NCBI GenBank assembly: GCA_001179505.1
Contig: CDMY01000509.1
Location: 1 to 61,685, forward strand
DNA: 61,685 bases
Direction of reading: 5' to 3'
Source: Vitrella brassicaformis CCMP3155
Taxonomy: Eukaryota; Protista; Chromerida
Position numbers and translations under genes: made by a program. Positions 1 to 10,786 of this stretch are shown here, in pieces; the first letter of the stretch is position 1, and each line of letters starts with the position of its first letter. The notes beneath the pieces were generated by a model. It made no database searches. It was not told where the DNA came from and saw nothing but the letters and a program-made list of their open reading frames with translations.

Positions 1-725
1 AGCCGCTCGGAGGTCGTGGGGCGATGAATGTTCATGTCACTCGATTGGCGCCTGCCTTTCGCAGTCGTTGGTTGATTGAGATGAAGGATCGCCCAGGTCG
101 CTTTAGAACAGAGACAGTGACCGACAAGCCTGAGCCACGAACAAACATCGTTGCTGAGGATGAGGAATCTGAACCTTGGGAGGTGCAGTACATACTTGAT
201 GTGCGAAAGCGCGGAAAGGAGCCCACCGCCAAGTTCGATTTCCTCGTGAAGTGGAATCTGTTGCCTGAAAGCCAAGCAGAATGGATTCCAGAGGAACAAC
301 TCGATTGTCCACACTTGGTCAATGAGTTGATAATGAAGAAGCGTACGATTGATGCCAACAGGGCGTCAAAGAAGTATGAAAAAGCGAAGAGAGCTGGTGT
401 GCAGCCGAAGGATCATATGGATTGGGTGCCTGACTCAGTTCCATTGCGTGAAACGGTGACGGGCCAAAAGCAAGACAGTGTGCCTGCCTGGCCTGACATG
501 AAAGAGGGTCAAGTCCTTCATCTGTATTACCTGCTAAGCAAAGGACTTCGTTACTGGGTGTCAATTGAGAAGAAGACACCTAAGAAGATAGAAGTGCTCT
601 TCTTGCCGAAGAGCTCGAAAGTGGAAGTGGCTGATGATGTCTACCAGAGCCCTGTGAATAAAATAGTCGAGTTCTCACGAAAGGAACTTCTACTCGTGGG
701 ACCTCGTGCCATCTACCATTCGTAA
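1..725 (+). mobile_element. C-terminal end of Ty3/Gypsy (chromovirus-like) Pol: integrase tail plus chromodomain, truncated by window edge
   Basis: Frame is open from base 3 (PLGGRGAMNVHVTRLAP; HVTRLAP resembles the HVSRLKP motif ending gypsy integrases). It is followed by a chromodomain WEVQYILDVRKRGK..FLVKWNLLPESQAEWIPEEQLDCPHLV. No introns, unlike the host genes. A purine-rich tract and TG follow downstream. Confidence 0.7.
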
Positions 726-797
726 GCCAAAGTCGAATCGTCAGCCGCGCAGACGGACTGGATAAGTTCGTTGGCAGCGGGGACGTGCCAGCTTATT

Positions 798-1570
798 GAG
801 GGGCGAGCTGTGGCGACGCTTGTGGCCTGTATGATCACAGACCACTAGGCCGCTCACAGAATGCCTGACAGCAGCAGAGACACATTTAGAGAGACGTATC
901 AGATTGGTCTGTATGCGTGCCCTCACTGTGTGTCGGGACGTTGATGTGTATGTATGTGTCGGACACATGCATGCTGATTGATGAATGGTTCGTCGTTTGT
1001 GATGGACAAGTTGATGGTTGCGCATGAAGCAGTCATCGATTGATCGATCCGTTCATTGCAAGTTCGCATTGCATACACACACGCGTCTACGCTTGTGTGT
1101 GTGTCTGTTGGTTACTCATCCGCTACTCAGTGACAAGAAGCTATGCATGGAGCGCTACAAGTTGCTCTATTGCTGGTGCTTAGCTGGCTGGCTGGAAGAA
1201 AAATCGCCAGCATCGATCGATGTGGTTAGTGGTGAGCTCTCTTTGTGACCCACCCACCCACACGAAGACGAAAATCAACATGTAACTGCGATGACGGCAT
1301 TCAAACGCCGATTCAAAGCACAGACAGCTGAGGCTGGTCGCCTCGCATGCGTACGTATATGTATGTATGTACGTATATGTATGCAGACGTATGCAAGTGT
1401 GCAAATAGGTATGCAAGTATGTATGTGGCGACATGCATTCATGCATCCCTCTTCCCGCGTGTGTACGCATACCATGACTAGGTCCTTGCCTGGGGGATGG
1501 TGTGTTGATGAGCTTAGTGAGTCGATGAAGAGAACTAGTAGCTGAGGGGAAAGCCGTCGAAGTCGTCACT
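798..1570 (+). mobile_element. Candidate polypurine tract (798-807) and 3' LTR (809 to ~1570)
   Basis: GAGGGGCGAG lies 73 bp after the Pol stop, followed by c and TGTGGCGAC at 809. GTCGTCACT at 1562-1570 matches the reverse complement of that start at 7/9 positions. The 5' LTR is outside the window, so this cannot be confirmed. Confidence 0.4.
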
Positions 1571-1608
1571 GAATAGAGACGCAACGATGAATGATAGATC
1601 AGTGATCG

Positions 1609-3700
1609 TCAATCTGTCGTGCATGCAAGGATTGCCCTACGTGGGGTTGCACCGCGTCCGCGTCCGCCATCGTAAGGTCGGCTGCATGAGTAGCCGCGGG
1701 CTCGGAAGCCGCCGCGGCCGCGGAACGGGCCTGGCGGGAAGTGGCTGGGCATGGGGGGAGGCAGCACCGTCTGGAGCGAGTGTGGGGCGGTCTCGCGCTG
1801 CGCCTGTTTGGTGTCGGTGGTCTTGTTGCCGCCGTCCTTGCAATCCTTGCCCTCGCCCTTGCCCTTGTTAGCACCCGACTCTAACAGTCATACGGCAAAG
1901 CACGAGAAGAATGATTCATGCATACACGGATGTGTGTGTGTGAGTGCCTTACCGAGCTTCTCGATGGTCGATTTCATGAGGTTGACCATCCGCTTTTTAA
2001 TGTTGTTGTTAAACAGACCTTTCTGCATGCCCACGCTGATGCTGCTGAGCACGTGCAGGAAGCGCCGGGCGTGTTTCTCTTCGAAGGCGACGCGAATGGG
2101 ATCGGTCGGCTTGCGCAGCAGCAGCTCGCCGTAGCTGTTGATGCTCTTGTGGGCGTCAAGGGTGATGCTGTAGACGTGGCTGCCGAGGATGCTTGTAAGG
2201 TCGCCCATATGCTCGACTGGCATGTTGGCTGACTCTAAAACAGACACACACAGTGAGTGTGTCTGTTTCATGCTCCTTGTGTGAGTGGTGGAGCCTCGTT
2301 CGTGTTGTTCCCCTGCTCATCTAACTCATTGACCATTCTGAACCAACAGCCAGGCTGCCCAATGTGGATGGCCTTTTGCACTGCAAACACATACAGACCA
2401 AAGAGGAATGACTTGATGTACATCCATCCATGCAGATGTGCGTGGGTGGGTGGGATGCTTACGATCTGGGTGCTTAATAAGGATGGACTTGAACTCCTTC
2501 TCGATCCACTCGTTGGGCAGTGGCGTGAAGGCGGCAAACCTGTTGCTCCTCTGCTTGGATGGGATGAGCCCCGGGTAGCGGCTGCTCACCTGAGCGAGGT
2601 ACTCGCTCGCCAGCGTCAGCTGCGTCTTGCTCGTGATGTGGTGTTGGCTCTTGAAGAGCGAGACTGCACACACACGCGCAAGCAGACGGACACGACAATG
2701 ATGACAGTGTGCGTATGCGCGTGCTGTGTATTGGTGCGTACTGGAGTCCTTGATGGTGCGATGGTAGGCCGCACTGAGAGGGTCCCAGTCGGCGTGGAAA
2801 ATCTCATTCTTGAAGTCCACCACGAATGCGTCGCTGTGGAAGACGAGCTGTTCTCCGGTTGACAAACCTGACCAACACACACAGCAGCCATCACAGTGTG
2901 CGTGTGGCGGTGATGCTGCTGGTGGTGTATGTATGTGTGCGCGTTGTACCTCAGTCCGTCTTGAGGTACGCTGCCGATCGGCAGAGCCCTAAGGGTGAGC
3001 ATGAAAGCCCATCCCACACGAGCACGTGATAGGCCGGATAAGCTTGATTCGCCCTGAGCTGGCTGGCGCCGGCCATCTGGTAGTGATATCTCTTGTAGCT
3101 CTTGAACTTGTTGTCGAGCAGGACCGCAAACCAGCGGCAGAAGGCCTCCTTTCCTTCCCACTGCTCGTGGCCCTTGAGTCGCTCGTCAAGGATCACCACG
3201 TTGCGCGCGTAGTTGCCCTTGATGGGTTGCTCGACGCCCCACTGGTAGGCACCGATCCACAAGCGGTTGAAGGTGCGCTCGTCGAAGACAGTGGCTGAAT
3301 GGCTGCGGATGGCGTGGTAAGCCGCGGCCGTCTGTTTCTCAATGTTGAGCTTGTAGACCTCTACAAACTCTTGGATGCGAGAAGCCGATGGGTTGACCGT
3401 CTCCATGAAATCCACGAACTTCACGTATACCTCTGACGAACACACAACACAGGCAGAGAATGAGTTGTGTGGTGTTGATCTGTGTGCCGTGATGCGTCGC
3501 ATACCAGCGGCGGGCATGGCGCCTTCCATGAGCGTCTCGAGGTTGCTCTTGTCTTGAGCACTCGATGACGCCGATGCGAGTGCAGTTTCTGATGCACACA
3601 CAGCATCAGAATGAGAGAGAGATGTGTGAATGTCTTCGCGTGTGTGCGAGGATGCTCACCGATCTGCATGCCGCTTGGTGAGTTGCCGTCTTCCGACGCA
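1609..3700 (-). CDS. Multi-exon hypothetical protein with RG/RGG-rich C-terminal tail
   Basis: Spliceable exon chain: ETALASASSSAQDK.., YVKFVDFMETVNP..YLKTD, LVFHSDAFVVDFKNE.., SLFKSQHH..ILIKHP, MYIKSFLFGLY.., SANMPVEH..IEKLG, and last exon ESGANKGKG..FRGRGGFRARGYSCSRPYDGGRGRG..TTD* (stop 1609-1611). No family recognised; 5' end uncertain. Confidence 0.7.
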
Positions 3701-4300
3701 CCTGCTACAGCCGCAGCGCTTTAAATGTTGCCGCCCGGGGGCGAGTCAGCAGGACGGCAGTCGACGGGCGCACGCAAGAAGCACGGCGACAATAGGCTAC
3801 CTCAGACACAGAGACCATCTAAATGACAAGACATGACAGACCGCCTCCGCCCACACCACACAGAGCACATCATGATCACGGTGCCAGTGCAACAAGCGAA
3901 CCATGCAATGAAGCAGATGCCCTCCCATCCCTACGCAAGCATCATTGCAGCTTCACCATGGCAACACCAGCGGTTCAGCACACTCTGACGAACGGGGACG
4001 GGGGGGAAGCCGCATGTCCCAGGCAGGAGGAAGTGCAGTTCTCGTCACGTCGGTCCGCTGAGACGGCGTCGTCAAGCAGATCTTCACGATGAAGACCCAA
4101 TTGAGGCTCGGGCGGATGTGAGAGAGCGTGCCGGAAGGGCGAGAAGGACGTCAGAGGAAGAGCCAATAAGGCTGAGCGATATGATGAGCTGCGGCGGGCA
4201 CCATCACGAGGAAAGGTCGGAGACGCCAACCACAGCCAAATGGGCACGGACGAGGACCGGACGAGGACCAACATGATCCTCAGAAGGAGGGGAAGCCGAT

Positions 4301-4338
4301 GGCATCCTCAGCCAAAAGAAAACAAGGCTGAGGATGCC
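4301..4338. other. Perfect 13-bp inverted repeat with 12-nt A-rich loop
   Basis: GGCATCCTCAGCC (4301-4313), loop AAAAGAAAACAA, GGCTGAGGATGCC (4326-4338). Confidence 0.9.
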
Positions 4339-4481
4339 TCGAGATCTGCCTTGGGATCTGCGAGCTCAGATGTGGAAGGTGCTTGACACGAGACGGGAGG
4401 AGCTTTCACACATCCGTTTCGCGCACAGGCTTTCGGGCCACATTGGGAAACCGCTCTCTCTTTCCCAAGCAGTTGTGACTC

Positions 4482-4720
4482 CCAATTCTGGCTGTCATTC
4501 TCATATACCTGCAACCGTTGTCGACAGCGATTTTCTGACCATCATAGGGTGGCACGTGCGTGTCGAGTGGGTGGGTGGGTGGGATGGGGAGACAGGCCGT
4601 GTGCATGCTTCTATGCATGAGCATGCTGCTAGTTTAGTGCGTGACCTGGACAGGATCCCCTCGGGGTTACAGACACGAGTCTCGTTAAACACAATAACCA
4701 ACCAACCAACCAACCAATTC
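4482..4720 (+). mobile_element. ~230-bp insertion with (ACCA)n tail flanked by CCAATTC direct repeats (retroposon-like)
   Basis: The upstream region of paralog 3 (8260-8410) aligns with 4386-4488 and 4714-4770 but lacks 4489-4713. CCAATTC is present at 4482-4488 and 4714-4720, and the insert ends in AATAACCAACCAACCAACC. Confidence 0.5.
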
Positions 4721-4767
4721 GGCTCCCGTGGCACCCAGCGAAGAGAAGACGCGTGCTGTGAGGAAAG

Positions 4768-5704
4768 ATGGTGCCATCTGTGTGCAATGTGTTGAGCCTC
4801 CTGGCGTCTGTCCTCGTGCTGCTGCCGTCTGCTGTGCTGGCGCAGTCTTCACCTTCAAGAGTTGCCCGGATATCGCCCGCATCCATCGTGAGACCTCGTG
4901 TCTGATGTGCATACTGATTGATGCTCATGTGCGCTGTGTGTGGTTACTGATGCAGCCCGTTGTTCCAGGAGCGCCAGACTCGCTGCCGTATCTGTACGTC
5001 CTCGGCGTTGTGGAGCAGGGCAGGACCTCCTTGTCTGTGCAGGTCCGCCTTTCACAACAAACAGATGGCACGACTCATGGATGGAATGGATGGATCTGAA
5101 CTATCCAATGCAGAACTTCGGTCCTGGCAGTGTTTCTCTGACGACCGTCGATGAGAACAACGACATTGTCTCATCCGCTGCCATACAACATGACGACCTG
5201 CTCTCCAGAGAGATGCTTTTCGGCGCGAGCAATGAGCTGACATTCATCTTTGAGGCGGCGAATGGCACAGAGGTCTTCCGCCAGACAGTCAGCAATGACT
5301 ACGACTTCACCATCGACTTCCAGAGGTTGAACGTCTCCATGATGAAGAGCCGAGGCCCTCTCCCAAACAGCAACGCCATGCTGGTGACTTTCGGCAACCC
5401 CCTGCCCTTCGACCTTGTGGCGACCATGGAGCACCAGGGCGACCCAGTGGATGGCTCTGGGACGGTGATTCAGCCGAGCGCCTCCCTCACATCGGGCTGG
5501 CTGCAGCAGACCTACCTGCAGCGGCTGAGTGAGGGGGATGACTTCTATGTGTCAATGGTGCCAAAGGACGAGAGCGACGGAACGGGCGTTGTGAGCTTTA
5601 TGGCTATCACGAATTGGCGGCCCTTTGCAAGCGCACAGAGGGCCAGGAGATTGAGAAGGGAGGGAAAGGCGGCCGTCGAGTGGGCCGTTGGAATGGGCGC
5701 CTGA
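4768..5704 (+). CDS. Secreted Cys-poor beta-rich protein, tandem paralog 1 (exons 4768-4887, 4956-5042, 5114-5704)
   Basis: Signal peptide MVPSVCNVLSLLASVLVLLPSAVLA. In-frame GT-AG introns give ~266 aa. Homologous to the genes at 6818 and 8411. Confidence 0.85.
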
Positions 5705-6817
5705 GCACACAGCCCTTCCTGTGTGTCTTTTTGCTTGTCGTCATTCTTTTTCTGTCTGTGCCACGGGAAGTGAGACGAGATCAGCGTGGTTTGTGCCTCT
5801 CTTTGTCTTGTTGCGTCAGTCCGTGATGCGCTGCTGGGCTCGGTTTGTGTGTCTGTCGATTGATAGATTGCAGTGTGTGTGCGACATCCATCGCATCTGT
5901 GTCTGTGTCCGGATGACTGCACCCATGTCCCAAGTCAGCCGTTCGATAAGTGTGTGTTTGGTTGGCGTTCTCTCTTGTCTGCTGTTTGTTTGTTTAATGA
6001 GATGGACGCGATGGCTGTGGCTTTGTGGTTGATATGTCTTTTTACTCCCGTTGTCAGTTTTATTCGTTTTATCGGCACCTGTCCTCAGTTGGTGTGTAGA
6101 GAAAGGCCTTACTTCTGTGGCCATCCGTGTGCATGACGTGTCGGTCAATATGTATGTGTGTGTGTGTGTGTCTGTGTGTGCGTCCCTGAATGGGTAGGTG
6201 GGTGGGTGGGTGAGCGATAGACGAACGCACGAACGATGACACTGAGGCATTCACTCGTTAAATGACTGTGGCTGACTGATCCATGCGATGCGTACCACCC
6301 ATGTTTTCATCTCTCTCACACACACAACACACTTCCCTCCCCTCATTATGCATGTGTGTGTGTGGATGAGTGTCTGCCGCGCACACGCCAACACACGAAA
6401 TTTGCAAGCCCCACGCACCGTCGGGGCACAATCACTGACTCACACCGACAGCAGCACCCAGCACCCACCCACCTGCAATGGGAAAAAGCCGGCACCCTCC
6501 TGGATCGCCAGGCAATGAATGCGAGCTTAGAGTGCGAAAGGGAGGCCGGGAAGACACACAAAATGGACAGATCAGCTGCAGGGAGGCTCACAGGAGGGCC
6601 ACACATGCAGCCATGATGCGTTCTCTTCGTCTCTCTCTCTTCCCACCGCAGCTCGCGGGAGGAGAAGAGGGTCTCCTCTCCGGGCTCTCTCTCCGCCCGT
6701 GTCGCCGACGTCAGTTGAAGCCAGCGTGCCCGCCGAGCCAAAAGAGAAGACGCGTGTTCTCAACAAGTCAGAGAAACGACGTCGCCTGTGACTGAGTCTG
6801 CAGTCATGTCAGGAAAG

Positions 6818-7721
6818 ATGGTGTCACTGTGCATTGTGTTGAGCCTCCTGGCTGCTGTCCCTGCCCATTCCTGGATATCGGGCGCCCTCCTCTTGGTAAG
6901 GACCATGGAGGAAGGATCATCATTATGTGTCCTTCATCTTGCTCATCTTTGTCTGATGTGCACGTTGATGCAGCCTGTTTCGGCAGGGACGGCAGACTCG
7001 CCGCCGTATCTCATTGTGCTCGGTGTTATGAACGGGGAAAGCAAGAGCGTTTCGCTGTCTGTGCAGGTAAGTACAACAGACAGATGGCGCACCACACGTA
7101 TGGATCATGCATGGGTGTGATCTGGGGTGTGCCATTCAGAATTTCGGTCCTGGCAGCGTCACCCTGACGACCGTCGATGAGAGCAACGACGTCATCTCAT
7201 ACACGGCCATAGAACAAGATGACTCTTTCATCAGAACGACGCCTTTCGGCGTGAGCAGTGAGCCGACCTTCATCTTTGAAGCGGCGAATGGCACAGAGGT
7301 GTTCCGGCAGACAGTCAAGAACGATCTGAAGTACACTCCCATCGCCCCGAACCAGGGCGCAAGCCTCCTTAGCCTCAAGCTCACGATGAACGACTTCATG
7401 GTGATCACTTTCGGCAACCCAATGCCCTTCGACCTTCTGGCGACCATGGAGCACCAGGGCGACCCAGTGGATGGCTCTGGGACGGTGATTCAGCCGACTG
7501 CCTCTTCCACATCAGGCTGGCTGCAGCAGACCTACCTGCAGCGACTGAGTGAGGGGGATGATTTCTATGTGTCTATGGTGCCAAAGGACGAGAGCGATGG
7601 GACGGGCGTCGTGGTCTTTGCGGCCGTCAAGAACTGGCGCCCATTCGCAAATGCACCGAGAAGGACATTGAGAAGCGAGGGAAATGCAGCTAGCCAGGGA
7701 GGTTTTGAAATGGGCGCCTAA
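6818..7721 (+). CDS. Secreted protein, tandem paralog 2 (exons 6818-6895, 6974-7066, 7140-7721)
   Basis: Signal peptide MVSLCIVLSLLAAVPAHS. Same intron positions as paralog 1. Shares NFGPGSV.LTTVDE and GWLQQTYLQRLSEGDDFYVSMVPKDESDGTGVV. Confidence 0.85.
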
Positions 7722-8410
7722 GCAGACACACCTCTTCCTCTCTCTCTATCTCTTTCCCCTTGTTTCACTTATTGCTCTGCACTGAGGCTCGCACGGGAAG
7801 CGAGGCGCAATCGGCGTCTCAAGCGCCCGTTCTCGTCGTGTTGCGTAGGTCGGTGGGCGAGTGTAGGCTCTGTGTTTTTTGTGTCTATCTGTAGACAGTG
7901 CAAGTGTCAGCAGCCGAGAAGGGACGGAGCAACAATGCCGTGAATGTTTGGCTGGTGTCTTTCGTTGCGTGCTGTGCTCTTGGTTTGCTTGTCTGCTGAG
8001 ATGGATGCGATGCGGTCAGTGGCCGCCGTTTTTTAGCTTTCTTCTTGACATTGATGTGTTTGTGTCCTATGTCGGTCTTGGGAGGGAGGCCTTGGTTGTG
8101 AGGCCCTGACATATGTGTCGCTCTGTATGACCGTTCCATGACATTGCCTTAACGGCGGCAGTCGTGCAAGAAATGTTGTGTGCACAATCAGTGTTAATCG
8201 CTTTGCGTCATTTCTCTCTCTGACAGCACACGTCTTCTCAGGACGGCAGACAAAACCGGGGAGATACGGGAGCTTGCTACACATCCGTTTCGCGCAGGCT
8301 TATGACGTTCCGTGAAACTGCTCCCTCTTTCCCAAAGGACTCCCAATTCGGCTCTCGTCTCGTGGTAGCCAGCGAAGAGGAGACGCGTGCTGTGGCTGCT
8401 GTCAGGAAGG

Positions 8411-9350
8411 ATGGTGTCATCTGTGTGCGTTGTGTTGAGTCTCCTGGCTGCTGTCCTAATGCTGCTGCCGTCTGCTGTGCTGGCCCAGTCTTCATTTGGG
8501 AGAGTTGCCCGGATATCGCCGGCATCCAGTGTGAGACCACGTGTCTGATATGCATGCTGATTGATGCGATGCTCATGTGTGCTGTCCATCGATGCAGCCC
8601 GTTGTGCCAGGGTCGCCAGACTCGCTGCCGTATCTGTACGTCACCGGCGTTGTGGAGCAGGGCAGGACCTCCCTGTCTGTGCAGGTCCGCCTTTCACAAC
8701 AAACTGATGGCACGACTCATGGATGGAATGGATGGATCTGAACTATCCAAATATGCAGAATTTCGGTCCTGGCAGCGTCGCCCTGACGACCGTCGATGAG
8801 AACAACGACATTGCCTTATCCGCTGCCATACAACACGACGACCTGCTCTCCAGACAGATGCTTTTCGGCGCGAGCAATGAGCTGACCTTCATCTTCAAAG
8901 CGGCGAACGGCACAAGAGGTCTTCCGCCAGACAGTCAGCAATGACTACGACTTCACCTTCGACTTCCAGAGCTTGAACGTCTCTATGATGAAGAGCCGGG
9001 GCCCTCTCCCAAACAGCAACGCCATGCTGCTAACTTTCGGCAACCCCCTGGCCTTCGACCTTCTGTTGACAATGGAGCACCAGGGCGAGCCAGTGGATGG
9101 CTCTGGGACGGTCATTCGGCCGAGGGCCTCAATCACATCGGGCTGGCTGCAGCTGAACTTCATGCAGCGGCTGGCTGAGGGCGATGACTTCTATGCGTCA
9201 ATGGTGCCAAAGGACCGGAGCGACGGGGCGGGCGTCGTGTGTTTTATGGCTATCACGAATTGGCGGCCGTTCGCGAGCACAAAGAGGGCCAGGAGATTGA
9301 GAAGCAATGAAAATGCTGCCGTCGAGTGGGCCGTTGGAAAGGGCGCCTGA
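8411..9350 (+). pseudogene. Tandem paralog 3 with a +1 frameshift near 8914 (pseudogene or assembly error)
   Basis: Exons 8411-8530, 8598-8684, 8759-9350. Reads GGCACAAGAGGTC where paralog 1 has GGCACAGAGGTC. The frame stops at 8944 (ANGTRGLPPDSQQ*) and the homologous sequence continues in another frame to 9350. Confidence 0.75.
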
Positions 9351-10786
9351 GCACACAGCCCTTCCTATCCATCTCTGGTAACTTGTCGTCATTCTTTTTC
9401 TGTCGGTGCCACGGGAAGTGAGACAGACGGGATCAATAAGCGTCTTCCGTGCCTCTTTTTGTGGTTCTGCGTCCGTGATGCGCTCCTGGGCTCGGTTTCT
9501 GTGTCTGTCGATCGATAGATAGCAGAGTGTGTGCGGCATCGCATCTGTGTGGATTCGCCCACACATGAATGCCCTCATGTCACCGGTCAGCCGAGAAGGC
9601 AACACAGCAACCATGTGTGTGAGTTTGGCTGGTGTTTCCTCCTGTCTGCTGTTTGTTTGTTGAGATGGACGCGGTCAGTGACTGCCCTCGATTGGCTGTG
9701 GCTTTGTTGTCGATACGTCTTTTTCCTCTGTTGTCAGATATATCGGTTTTATCGGCACCTGTCCTCATTGTTCTATGTGGGAAGGCCTTGCTTGTGAGGC
9801 CATCCGTGTGTATGACGTGTCGGTCAATCTCTCTCTCTCTCTCTCTGTGTGTGTGTCGGTGAAGGGATGGATGGATGGATTGCTGGTGGATGAGCGCAGG
9901 CAGGCAGAAAAATGGGCAGACGCTCGTAGTGGGTGTAGTTTCCTTAGAGTAGGACACATGCATTGACGTGCGTCTTTCGCGGACACTCTGGACAGCGTAG
10001 GTCGGTGTTGCGTAGGTCGGTGTGCGAGTGTAGGCTTGGTTGGTTGTTGTGTCGACAGCTAGCAGAGTGCATGTGTCAGCACCGGGGAGGAGTCGCAACC
10101 ATGAATTAATGAATGTTTGGTTGGTGTCTTCCCCTGTCTGCTGTTTGTTTGTTTGTTGAGATGGACGCGGTCCCTATTGGCTGTGCCTTTGTTGTCGATA
10201 CGTCTTTTTGTCCTCTCTCTGGATCTCATCCGTTTCATTGGTGTCGTCATTGCTGCGTGGAAGAAGGCCTTACTTGTGGGGCTATCCGTGTGCATGACGT
10301 GTTGGTCAATCTGTGTGTGTCGGGTTGGTCGGTGGATGGATGGATGGGTGGGTGGGCGGGGTTGATCACGATCTGCGTTCGCTCGGTAAATGAGTGGTCC
10401 ATTGGTAGGTGGTGGGCGGAGTGTTGGCTCTGTGGTTTTTGTGTCGATCTGTAGCACAGTGCCTGCATGTGTCAGCAGCTGAGAAGTTGACGCCATGGAT
10501 GCTTGGCTGGTGTCTTTCGTTGCGTGCTGTGCTCTTGGTTTGCTTGTCTGCTGAGATGGATGCGATGTGGTCAGTGGCCGCCGTTTTTTGGCTTTCTTGA
10601 CATTGATGTGTTTGTGTCCTCTGTCGGTCTTGGGAGGGAGGCCTTGGTTGTGAGGCCCTGACATATGTGTCGCTCTCTCTGACCATTCCATGACATTGCT
10701 CTGACGGCGGCAGTCGTGCAAGAATTGTTGTGTTCACACAATTTTGTGTTCAGTGTTAATCGCTTTGCGATGCACTGGCAGCCATC

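Larger units (their letters stand above)
5935..10690 (+). repeat. ~230-bp non-coding module in five copies (~5935-6150, 7905-8140, 9585-9830, 10075-10315, 10470-10690)
   Basis: Each copy has GCTGT/GCTTG..GAGATGGA(C/T)GCG and ends in AGGCCTT..TGTG(A/G)GGC. Two subtypes: 6000/9662/10158 and 8000/10553. Confidence 0.8.

Noticed and set aside
4334-4795. ORF starting MPRDLPWDLRAQMWKVLD, superficially F-box-like
   Set aside because: It runs through the 5' insertion and upstream region of paralog 1, and the homologous region before paralog 3 does not keep this frame.
5640-5680. RRLRRE/RTLRSE near C-termini of the secreted paralogs as PEXEL-like export motifs
   Set aside because: They do not fit RxLxE/Q/D and lie at the C-terminus rather than just after the signal peptide.
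5935-10690. Repeated module as a CRISPR-like array
   Set aside because: Units are ~230 bp, diverged and irregularly spaced, with no short constant repeat/unique spacer pattern and no cas genes; the context is eukaryotic.
7885-10721. Similar minus-strand ORFs MSGPHNQGLPPKTD..KKAKKRRPLT (7885-8139, 10059-10721) with an NLS-like stretch
   Set aside because: They are translations of the non-coding repeat module. The other three copies do not preserve the frame.
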